A DNA stretch of 64,000 nucleotides. Origin: Octopus vulgaris. Its lineage: Eukaryota. The stretch covers positions 6,262,001 through 6,326,000 of the forward strand of contig OX597822.1 in NCBI GenBank assembly GCA_951406725.2. The letters run 5' to 3'. Below the pieces are notes generated by a model. The model saw only the letters and a list, made by a program, of their open reading frames with translations, searched no databases and was not told where the DNA came from. A program made the position numbers and the translations under genes. Numbering within the stretch: the stretch's first letter is position 1; each line of letters starts with the position of its first letter. Positions 1 to 9,023 of this stretch are shown piece by piece.

Positions 1-295
1 AACGTATGTCCGTGTACTGGCATGTGTCCGTCCAAGTTGTGTATATGACTGTTACTTTGCTGAAGGTTGTATACATATTTACATAATGTTTGTATAGACG
101 CACACACACATATATATATGTGTGTGGGTGTGTGTTTGTTCCTCTCATCATCGTCTAACCGTGAATGGATACAACGCCTAGGTGCAACTGTTCGTATCAA
201 ACAACGTCTGCTCATACCGTTGTATATAACTGCACATACACGTTGCTACCCATATGTAAGGACTACAGGTAAAAGGTAGAGAGAGAGAGGGGTGG

Positions 296-618
296 TTATA
301 GAATAGTCCTTCTGAATGGGATCTGGGTGTTATTCCATTCGGACTTTCGGTTGAGAGTAGGTTTGTATTCTTGTATACAAACAGCTTCTGTGACCTGTCT
401 CAACATTGCATCGGTGGGATTTGTTGATAGGATGTTCAACTTAAGCTCCCCTAAGGATCCCTTGTGGCAGTCTACAGCATGTTGGTAGAAGATGGAGTTT
501 GGCTTCCTTTCAATGTAGTTGTCCAGGTGTTCTTTGAACCTATCATTGATGCTTCTAGAGGTCTCACCTATGTATGACTCTGGGTTAGTCGCGCAAGCTC
601 CCTCCTGGCACTTAATCC

Positions 619-620
<2 letters not shown>
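296..620 (-). mobile_element. Penelope-like element remnant: C-terminal GIY-YIG endonuclease domain, 5'-truncated at a (TA)n tract
   Basis: Minus-strand frame YRIKC-x9[17 protein letters not shown]...HAVDCH...RQVTEAVCI...PTLN matches the PLE GIY-YIG pattern (Y-x-I-x-C, YIGET, R-x2-EH, E, LN). It runs open to the stop at 296; upstream is the (TA)n at 621-713. Confidence 0.8.

Positions 621-713
<93 letters not shown>
621..713. repeat. (TA)n microsatellite
   Basis: Pure TA dinucleotide run. Confidence 0.97.
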
Positions 714-715
<2 letters not shown>

Positions 716-734
716 CTTACACACACACACATGA

Positions 735-987
735 CATGGCTGTGAGGTAAGAAGTTTGATTCCCAGTCACATGGTTCCGGGTTCAGTCCCACTGCGTAGC
801 ACTTTGGGGTCGTTCAAATAATCGTGAATGGATTTTGTAGACGGAAACTAAAAAGAATCGCTTCGTGTATATATATATATATATATGTATGTATAAAGAA
901 ATAATAAACGTTAGCATGCAGTATTTCGTCTGCCGTTACGTTCTGAGTTCAAATTCCGCCGATATTGACTGCCTTTCATCCTTTCGG

Positions 988-1020
<33 letters not shown>

Positions 1021-1260
1021 GCGTGTGTGTGTGTATATATATTTATGTGTTTGTCTTTGTGTCTGTGTTTATCTCCCCTACCATCGATTTATAAACGATG
1101 TTGGTGTCTTTACTTCCTCGTAACTTAGATATTCGACGAAAGAGTTTGATAGAATAAGTAGTAGGCCTACAAAGAAGTCCTAGGGTCGATTTGTTCGATT
1201 AAAACCCTTTAAGACGGTGCTTTAAGTCAAATGACTGAAGCAATTGAAAAATTAAAGAAA
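735..1260 (+). mobile_element. Degenerate tRNA-derived SINE (family A) with a nested family-B fragment at about 910-990
   Basis: tggctgtgaggtaag...ggttccgggttcagtccc head and gatagaataagta...gtcaaatgactgaa tail match other family-A copies. ttacgttctgagttcaaattccgcc at about 937-960 matches family B. Confidence 0.75.
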
Positions 1261-1284
1261 TATATATACATATATATATGTATA

Positions 1285-1324
1285 GGCGCAGGAGTGGCTG
1301 TGTGGTAAGTAGCTTGCTAACCAG
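1285..1324 (+). mobile_element. SINE family A, 5' 40 bp (A-box part); the remainder resumes at 3547
   Basis: ggcgcaggagtggctgtgtggtaagtagcttgctaaccag matches the start of the full-length copies at 11676, 28845(-), 48856(-). Confidence 0.92.
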
Positions 1325-1331
1325 ACATGCG

Positions 1332-1371
1332 CAGTTAGTCGGTTGCTTCTTGTTGAGCTAGAGTGGACGTG
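1332..1371 (+). promoter_or_regulatory. Internal Pol II core promoter, Inr + DPE-like
   Basis: cagtt/ttagtc Inr-like motif at 1332-1340 and GGACGTG at 1365-1371 (about +29 from the A at 1337), at the extreme 5' end of the insertion. This arrangement is known from jockey/I-type LINE promoters. Confidence 0.55.
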
Positions 1372-2005
1372 AGTCCAACTAAAGAAAAAAGACCAAAAAC
1401 GGAAAGTTGTCGAGGTAAGTGATTTTGTTTATTGTGAGTTGGGCATAATTTATTGCGTGCCAATTATTATTTCAGTAGGTTGTGTCCAACTCTGAGACAA
1501 TTTCGCCTGCGCTAGGCGGCTGCCGTTTTTGTGTTCATTGAAAAAAAAAAAAAAAGAAAAAACAGTGGAGGGGCGTATACTCAGAATTCAATACAGTTAC
1601 TGTTAAAATTACCGTTGGCAGTAACCAGTGCTGTGTTTGAGTTTGCTGAATTTATTCCCTTGTCAGAGTACTTCGCAAGAAAAGTATAAAAATAAGCCAC
1701 TATTGGATTACCTTTCGGACCCATTTTTGTGGAGGTTGTGTTGCAGTTGCGGCGTTCAGGTTCAACCCAGGCCGGGTGTACTGCAGAATATTTTTGCTGT
1801 GTTTTTTCTGTTTATTAACTTTCTTTTGAACTTCATTTACCCCTCCCCCCTTTTGTTTTTTCTTTATTGCGACTTTCCGTTAATTTCTTCCCTTCTGTTG
1901 TGCTTTCTCCTTTTTGTTTTTTCAAAAATCTATCAAATTTATTTAGACTTTTGAACTTTTTTCTTCCTGCTTTTGAGTCTAATTTGAATATATTTTTTAA
2001 AAAAC

Positions 2006-3250
2006 ATGGCAATGAAAAATAACAAAGTTTTGGAGTGGGAAATCATACCACCCAAAAAGTGGTTGAAGGACCGTGAAGATAGGACGGTGGTGTTGAGAAC
2101 CTACTCCAAGGCACTTGACACCATCGCCCTATTCGAAAAGACGGCAATTGAGGAGGAGTTGGAGGAGTATTTGCCAACAATTAAATTCATTTCCAGGGGT
2201 GTCAAATATGGAACGGTGTGGTTGCTGTTTGACACCCCTGAAGAGGCTTGCAAATTTGCTAGCGAACCCTTGGAGGGTAAGGAAATCTTATTCCTGCCCA
2301 CTTACAAAAAAAAGAAATTGATGAAAGCTTGGATCTGCGGACTGCCACCCGACATAGAACCCGAGTGGATAGAGGAGACTATCCGCCGGGGTCTGGGTGA
2401 CAGCGAAACTAAGCTCCTCAATGTAAAAGTTCTTCCTGCGGCTGCTTGGGTTGGCTCGAAAGCAGTTTTGACCCTGTGGACCCAATCAGCCAATCTGGTT
2501 TTTCCAGATTTTTTGAAAATGGCCGGGTGCAGGTACCCGGTGATGCTTGAGGGTCGCCCCCCTAAGTGTCATCGGTGCTTGGAGTCCGGCCACATAAAGA
2601 AGAACTGTCCTCGGGAACAAAATAGGATCCCGGAACAGTTAAGTAAAACCCCTCTAGAAGAGGGAACGATAACGGCCGAGAAAGCAGAGGACTCCTCAAG
2701 CAGAGGCCGAAAGAGGAAGGTGAGCAACAATGGGTGCTCACCAAAGGATAATAGGGATGAGGAGAGGAGGGCGAATCTTCCAGCCACGGAGGAGACGCAC
2801 CCTCCCTCAGTTGAAAAGGGAAAAAAAAAGAAAAAGAGGAAGAAAAACGGGACGTTGCCGGCTGTCAGTGTGGCACCGGAATGTCGCGGAACTACGTCGG
2901 TTGGGGTTGTGCCACCGACAAGAGAAGGAATACCGTTGGCGGAAACTGTGCCGCCAACGAAAGAACTGAATGTATTGGTCCTCTTCTATAGAGGAGGAGA
3001 AATTGAAAAAGTGATGGAAGAGCACTACAAGGGAGCACCTTTAGCCTTCACACAGGACCCCGAATGGCCTCCGCAGGTAGCTGTGGAGGCCGTGGCGTTC
3101 GACGTGACGCTAGGGCTAAAGGAGCTCAATGAAGACTATAACTTGGTCCCGGGCGACGCGAACTCGGAACTTGACTACGTTCTGAGGGAGGCGTGGTTGA
3201 TGGTGGAGGGCGCGGGCACAAGCTATTTCGAGGACGATATGTATTATTAG
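2006..3250 (+). CDS. L1/Tx1-type ORF1p (gag-like RNA-binding protein): RRM-like N-terminal half, CCHC zinc knuckle, basic low-complexity linker, unknown ~95-aa C-terminal domain
   Basis: Uninterrupted 414 aa, GC-richer than the flanks, start context aaaaacATGG. Motifs GTVWLLFDTPEEA and KAWICGLPPDI (RNP-like), PKCHRCLESGHIKKNCP (C-x2-C-x4-H-x4-C), and NLS-like RGRKRK and KGKKKKKRKK. Confidence 0.85.
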   Translation: MAMKNNKVLEWEIIPPKKWLKDREDRTVVLRTYSKALDTIALFEKTAIEEELEEYLPTIKFISRGVKYGTVWLLFDTPEEACKFASEPLEGKEILFLPTYKKKKLMKAWICGLPPDIEPEWIEETIRRGLGDSETKLLNVKVLPAAAWVGSKAVLTLWTQSANLVFPDFLKMAGCRYPVMLEGRPPKCHRCLESGHIKKNCPREQNRIPEQLSKTPLEEGTITAEKAEDSSSRGRKRKVSNNGCSPKDNRDEERRANLPATEETHPPSVEKGKKKKKRKKNGTLPAVSVAPECRGTTSVGVVPPTREGIPLAETVPPTKELNVLVLFYRGGEIEKVMEEHYKGAPLAFTQDPEWPPQVAVEAVAFDVTLGLKELNEDYNLVPGDANSELDYVLREAWLMVEGAGTSYFEDDMYY

Positions 3251-3376
3251 TAATGGACTTAAGTCCAAAAATTGAAAAATTGTAAGAGGATTAATACCTC
3301 GTTTTGTATTAATAATGGACTGCTAAGCCCAAAATTGGAAAAATTGTAAGAGGTTTAATACCTCGTTTTGTGTTAA
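3251..3376 (+). repeat. Tandem duplication of a ~62-bp unit in the 3' UTR of the ORF1-only element
   Basis: taatggact...aaattgtaagagg.ttaatacctcgttttgt.ttaa at 3251-3312 and 3313-3376. Confidence 0.9.
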
Positions 3377-3546
3377 TCTTTTTAAAAAGAACAATGTTTT
3401 AGAGAAGCAAAAGTCGGCGGGCGCTTTCTGTCTTCTCCCATCCTTATCATCTTTCTTTCATTATCATTCACCTCATTAATGTCCTCGTCCAGCCCGCAAA
3501 GCTAACTTAATCTGTGTACTGCCTTTATGGCAAATGTTTTGAAATA

Positions 3547-3936
3547 AAGTAGCTTGCTAACCAGCCACATGGTTCCGGGTTCAGTCCCACTGTGTGGCAC
3601 CTTGGGCAACTGTCTTCTGCTATAGCCCCGGGCCGACCAATGCCTTGTGAGTGGATTTGGTAGACGGAAACTGAAAGAAGCCTGTCGTATATAGGTATAT
3701 ATATATATGTATGTGTGTTTGTGTGTCTGTGTTTGTCCCCCTAGCATTGCTTGACAACCGATGCTGGTGTGTTTACGTCCCCGTCACTTAGCGGTTCGGC
3801 AAAAAGAGACCGATAGAATAAGTACTGGGCTTACAAAGAATAAGTCCCGGGGTCGATTTGCTCGACTAAAGGCGGTGCTCCAACATGGCCGCAGTCAAAT
3901 GACTGAAACAAGTAAAAGATTAAAAGAGAGAGAGAG
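3547..3936 (+). mobile_element. SINE family A, remainder of the interrupted copy
   Basis: Continues ccacatggttccgggttcagtccc (B box), ccttgggcaa core, central TA/TG tract, and tail gtcaaatgactgaaacaagtaaaag. Confidence 0.92.
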
Positions 3937-3967
3937 TAATATATATATATATATATGTGTGTCTAAA

Positions 3968-4230
3968 GGCGCGTGGCTCAGTGGTTAGAGCATTCGGCTC
4001 ACGATTGTAAGGTCGTGAGTTCAGTTCCCGGCGACGCGTTTTGTTCTCAAGCAAGCCACTTTATTTCACGTTGCTCCAGTCCACTCAGCTGGCAAAAGTG
4101 ACTAGTACCTGTGTTTGAAAGAACCAGCCATGTCGCATTCTGTGTCTGAGAACTACGTTAAGGGTACTCGTGCCTGTAGAGTGGTCAGTCATTTGCATGT
4201 TAGCTTCACGAGCAAGCTGTTCTGTTGACA
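3968..4230 (+). mobile_element. tRNA-derived SINE (family C)
   Basis: A box tggctcagtgg and B box gagttcagttcc, then caagccactttatttcacgttgctccagtccactcagctg body. A related head lies at about 57920. Confidence 0.75.
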
Positions 4231-4509
4231 TTATGGTTGCCTGGAAGTTTGCATTGGTTCTTCACATTTCATTTGAATTTAGATGCTTAACCAAAACGGA
4301 TCACCAGGAAACACTTTATTAGATTAAGTTACCTGGTGAGGCATTTATAAGTAATTTAAGTGGGAAATAGAAAAAAGAAAAAAGCAACTGACAGCGAATA
4401 GTAAAGTGGAACTAAGAAACAAAAAGTATTTGAGGGATAGAGAAGATAGAGAATTAAAGAGATAAAAAGAGGAGGTAGAAAAGGGAAGTGTGAAGGAATA
4501 ATAAGAGAA

Positions 4510-4909
4510 TATTCTTTTCTATTCTAGGCACAAGGCCCGAAATTTTGAGGGAGGGGGCCAGTCGATTAGATCGTCTAGTACGCAACTGGTACTTATTTAA
4601 TCAACCTCGAAAGGATGAAAGGCAAAGTCGACCTCGGCGGAATTTGAACTTAGAACGTAAAGACAGACGAAACACCTATTTCTTTACTACCCACAAGGGG
4701 CTAAACACAGAGGGGACAAACAAGGACAGACAAACGGATTAAGTCGATTACGTGGACCCCAGTGCGTAACTGTTACTTATTTAATCGACCCCGGAAGGAT
4801 GAAAGGCAAAGTCGACCGCGGCGGAATTTGAACTCAGAACGTAACTGCAGACGAAATACGGTTACACATTTCGCCTGGCGTGGTAACGGTTCTGCCAGCT
4901 CGCCGCCTT
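4510..4909 (-). mobile_element. Two adjacent/nested family-B SINE copies with different 3' tails
   Basis: aaggatgaaaggcaaagtcgacc.cggcggaatttgaact.agaacgtaa occurs at about 4611-4660 and 4795-4844. Head reverse complement (ctgccagctcgccgcctt) ends at 4909. Confidence 0.85.
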
Positions 4910-5378
4910 ATAATGAGAGAATATTGGTAGAAAAATGTATGAGAGGAGGCAAGCTAGAAAGCAAGAAGTTTAAGTTGGATAATCCTAAAAAGGATAAATG
5001 AAAATTTATAACAATTTGATAATGTCAGTGAAATGAATATATAAATAAAAATAAAAACAGCCAAGAGACAAAGAATGAGGAAGAGAGATAAGAGACGATT
5101 GCATAGTTGGAAAGAGAGCAGATGAGAAGGGGAGGAAGAGATTAATAAAAGAGGAGAGAGTTAATTGTGAGTGAGTAACATATTGATTGAAACCAAAGAT
5201 TTTGGAAAATGAATGTAAACACAAATGTATACGTAAATGTGAGTAGGTCATGACCTCACATATGATAGGTGCCCGAAGGTCATTTCTGTATGTTTCAAAA
5301 AGTCTAATTATAAACAGACTCGTCTTCTCTAGGTACAAAATTATAGATTCATACATACACATAACGACGTGCCGGCGT

Positions 5379-5492
5379 ACACACACACACACACACACTC
5401 ACACAAACACGCACACACACACATACGCACACATACAATACACTAACATAATACACATATATACATACATAATACACAAACACTCACACACC

Positions 5493-5525
<33 letters not shown>

Positions 5526-5578
5526 GCGCACACACACACATACAATACACTAACATAATACACAAACACTCACACACC

Positions 5579-5662
<84 letters not shown>
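5379..5662. repeat. Compound (CA)n/(TA)n microsatellite with an internal duplicated segment
   Basis: CA runs; catacaatacactaacataatacac and aaacactcacacacccatacac each occur twice. Confidence 0.9.
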
Positions 5663-6024
5663 CCTATATATAGAAACATACACACATACCAGCATATATA
5701 TTCATTAATTCTTTATATATTTTCATACCCATGTATGCTCTGCTTAACTAAGTACGGACATAGGCACACAGATTCACATATTGCAGTTTGTGTGTATGTA
5801 TAAACATGTATACATATATATATACGTGTATATATATGCATATATGTCTATGTGTGCGTGTGTCCTTGTGTTTCTCTTCGTCACCCTCTTCCGCTTTACA
5901 ACTGGTGTTGATGTGTTTACATCCCCGTGATTTAGAGGTTCAGCAAAAAAAAGACCGATATATTAATTGCCAGATTTAACAAAAAATAAGTAAGGGGATA
6001 GATTCATTGATTAATATATTATCA

Positions 6025-6415
6025 TATTATAGTATTAATATATTATCAAATATCAAATACGTTATAATATAAAGGTGGTTATAGCGATAAAACCCAAATA
6101 AGGCAATGTTTATAAATGAGGGTCGAAAATAGTACCGGCAATTGCTAGAAATTATTACTCGGATAACCACACAAAATCCCCAACCTCATGAGATATTCTG
6201 GGAGTGTGAGCGGCAAGCCACAAGATCGTGAATATCTCGTGAGGTTGGTGATTTTGTATGGTTATCCGAATTATATTTTTAGTTTTTATTTCTAGCAATT
6301 TCAGGTGATACTTTAAACCCTCAATTATGAATACAGCCTTTTTGGTTTTAATTGCTATAGTCACCTATTATAACGTGTTTAGTATATGATAATATATTAA
6401 TATACTATTATAATA
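6025..6415. mobile_element. ~390-bp imperfect fold-back palindrome (MITE-like)
   Basis: 6025-6198 is the imperfect reverse complement of 6229-6415 (e.g. tcggataaccacacaaaatc.ccaacctcatgagatattc / gaatatctcgtgaggttggtgattttgtatggttatccga). Confidence 0.85.
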
Positions 6416-6430
6416 TCTCATTGTATTTTG

Positions 6431-6489
<59 letters not shown>

Positions 6490-6491
<2 letters not shown>

Positions 6492-6680
6492 TAGTTCTAT
6501 ATTTAACAGATGAGCAATTATGTACATTATTTACATTATTTACATTTGACGGATATTTGTCCTCATCTTGTTTGTTGTTAACATTAACACAACGTTTCGG
6601 TTGATATACCTTCCAGCCTTCAATTGTCTTGGGGTATATTCGAAACTGGGTTCTCATTTCTAAGGTATTTTTCGATGTAA
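6490..6680 (-). mobile_element. Penelope-like terminal-repeat remnant with a degenerate hammerhead motif (6586-6630)
   Basis: Minus strand ...gacaattgaaggctggaaggtatatcaaccGAAAcgttgtgtt. A related, internally deleted copy in opposite orientation is at 9594-9675. Confidence 0.5.
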
Positions 6681-6706
6681 TTATTATTATTATTATTATT
6701 ATTATT

Positions 6707-7548
6707 ACTTTTTTTTTCTTCTTTCAAATTTTCTTCCATTTCTTGCCGAGTGTCTTCCCGACTCCTAGGGCAAAGAAACTCATAGTGTATATTGGTAGGC
6801 CATTAAACCAAACTCAGTAGTTCGTTCATTTTTTTTTTTTTTTAAATTTTTTTTTTTTTTAAAGTTAAATTAAAATGCATGAGCAGCAACAGTTCTCACA
6901 TCGACAATGCTCTTCTCAATACGTGTGATGTACCAGTTAAGACAATCTTTTGCACTTCTTGCAGGGATGGTAAGCCAGGGATCATTCTCATATAATTTTC
7001 GGTTCCCTTCTTGATCATTCCTAGTGCTCCTACGATCACTGGTATTGTAACCGCCTTGAGATGCCACATTTTCTCAATTTCAATGAGTAGGTCTTTATAT
7101 TTTCTGAGCTTGTCAAACTCTTTCGCTGAGATATTATGATCACAGGGGATGCTCATGTCGATCAATAAGCAAACTTTATTGTTTTGGTCTTTCACAACAA
7201 TATCTGGTTTATTGGCCTTGATGGTTCGGTCTGTATGTACTGGAAAATCCCACAGAATGGTTACATTTTCTCCTTCAGTTACAGCCTCAGGGTGGTGATT
7301 ATACCACTTGTCGGCAGTTTTGATATTGTAATGCCGACTTATTAGCCAGTGAAGATATTGGCCAACTCTGTCATGTCTTAATTTATACTCCACTGGTGCT
7401 AAGACTTTACATCCAGAGATTAGGTGGTCCACTGTTTCAATCATGTCGTTGCAGAATCGGCATTTTGGGTCTGCTCCATTTTCATCACATTGGCCTGGTA
7501 GTTCCGGGTTGATAGGCTTTGGTCTTGAGCAGCCAGGATGAAACCTTC
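6707..7548 (-). mobile_element. R4/Dong-clade non-LTR retrotransposon 3' fragment (zinc knuckle + restriction-like endonuclease + 3' UTR)
   Basis: EGFILAAQDQ...CRFC...HLISGC, RHDRV, KPDIVV, CLLIDMSIP, KEFDKLRKY, IPVIVGALG (ORF 6896-7444); bounded by (ATT)n on both sides. Confidence 0.9.
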
Positions 7549-7606
<58 letters not shown>

Positions 7607-7610
<4 letters not shown>

Positions 7611-8970
7611 TAGTTTTATTTTTATAGCGTGCTTTCACTTCACTACCGAGCGCAGCTCTGTGTGCCTTGGGTATGTGCTGTGATTTGTTGTGATGCTCTG
7701 ATGGTTATTGTATGGAAAGTGCTCTGCGTAGGATGTGTGCAGTGCCTAGTAGTGCAATTTTCTGTATGATATATGTGTTTGTAAGTCCTGGTGTTTTTGT
7801 TATGTATTTGTCTGAATATTTTTTTATCATGCCTAATGCACCTACTATGATAGGAATTGTTTCTGTTTTCAGATTCCACATTCTAGTTACCTCTATTTCC
7901 AGGTCTTTGTATTTTGAGAGTTTCTCCATTTCTTTTAGAGACACGTTGTCATCTGCCGGTATTGATACATCAATTAGAAAGCATTTTTTTCTTCATGATC
8001 TCTGACAACTATATCTGGTCTGTTGGCCTTAATTTCTCTATCTGTGTGTATCGGCATATCCCAGAGTATGGTTGCTTTCTCGTTTTCTGTAACATTTTCT
8101 GGTGTGTGCCTATACCATCTTTTTTCTGTTGTTATTCCCTCTGTTTCTGCTTTGAGTCCTGAGCTTCTCAACCATTGCTGGGTTCTTTCTTTGTCTATTT
8201 CTTTTGCGTTTAGTTTAGTGCAGTATTTACCATGAAGGGGCTTTTCTTGCCATCGTTTTATCATGGTTCGTTGCTGTTCTATTTTTAGTTTGGATTTCAT
8301 TTGTTTTATAGCTTTTGTTGTTTCTTCATCATCTTCTTCTTCTTCTTCGTGTTTATTAGGTGGTATGATTTCTTGTTTGTATTTGTCAGCTTCCTTAAAT
8401 ACCGAGAACAGTTTTTTGTTTTGCTCGTGTTTTGCTGCTATCTGGATCAGTTTTCCTTCCTTCTGAAGTAGGTATTTTTGCAGTCCTATGGTGGTTATTT
8501 TATAGTAGTTTTCCAGCTGTATAAGGCCTCTACCACCTTCTATACGTTGTATATATAGTCTTTCTATGTCAGATTTTGGGTGATGCATCCTAGATCCTGT
8601 CAGTATTTTTCTTGTTTTCCTATCTATTTTGGACAGTTCATTTCGTGTCCAGTTAAGGATATTGTAGCTGTAACTTATAACTGGGACAGCTAAAGTGTTG
8701 ATACCTATTATCTTGTTTTTAGCATTGAGCTCTGTTTTTAGTATTGATCTAACTCGTTTATAATATTCTTTTTTTATTTTCTCTTTCATTTATGTGTGTT
8801 GTGTCTTATCTAGTTCATGGATTCCTAAGTATTTGTAAGTTTGGCTTTGGTCTAATTCTTTTATTTCATTGGTTTTATCTAGTGTGATGTTGTTACTTTT
8901 AACTAGTTTTCCTCTTTTCATGGTTACTTTGGCGCATTTTTCTAATCCAAATTTCATATCTATTTCATAT
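7607..8970 (-). mobile_element. R4/Dong LINE 3' fragment (RT C-terminus/thumb + RLE), frameshifted, zinc-knuckle region deleted
   Basis: YKYLG at about 8820-8840, INTLAVPVISYS, ERLY..R.EGGRGL, GLKAETEG joined directly to ITTEKRWYRH, RPDIVV, IPIIVGALG; (ATT)n both sides. Confidence 0.9.
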
Positions 8971-8971
8971 C

Positions 8972-9020
<49 letters not shown>

Positions 9021-9023
<3 letters not shown>

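Larger units (their letters stand above)
1325..3546 (+). mobile_element. ORF1-only (HAL1/'half-L1'-like) non-autonomous L1/Tx1-derived retrotransposon with an 18-bp TSD
   Basis: Exact direct repeat aagtagcttgctaaccag at 1307-1324 and 3547-3564 splits one SINE. The unit has a single 414-aa ORF1-type ORF, ends in AATAAA (3543-3548), and has no room for RT or endonuclease. Confidence 0.82.

Noticed and set aside
3251-3376. CRISPR-like or LTR interpretation of short direct repeats (also 42755-42925, 54499-54612)
   Set aside because: Tandem units without unique spacers, eukaryotic context, no cas genes; no LTR pair or PBS flanks the ORF1 element.
3520-3532. Histone-type 3' stem-loop
   Set aside because: A 4-bp stem with a 5-nt loop does not match the 6-bp stem/4-nt loop histone consensus, and an AATAAA follows.
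3502-3988. Recurrent short ORFs such as MLGGQTQTH... and ...GTEPGTMWLVSKLL
   Set aside because: Chance frames within family-A SINE copies.
3968-4040. tRNA-like sequences (also 41154 and family-A heads)
   Set aside because: They have A/B boxes but no complete cloverleaf and continue into SINE bodies, so they are not tRNA genes.
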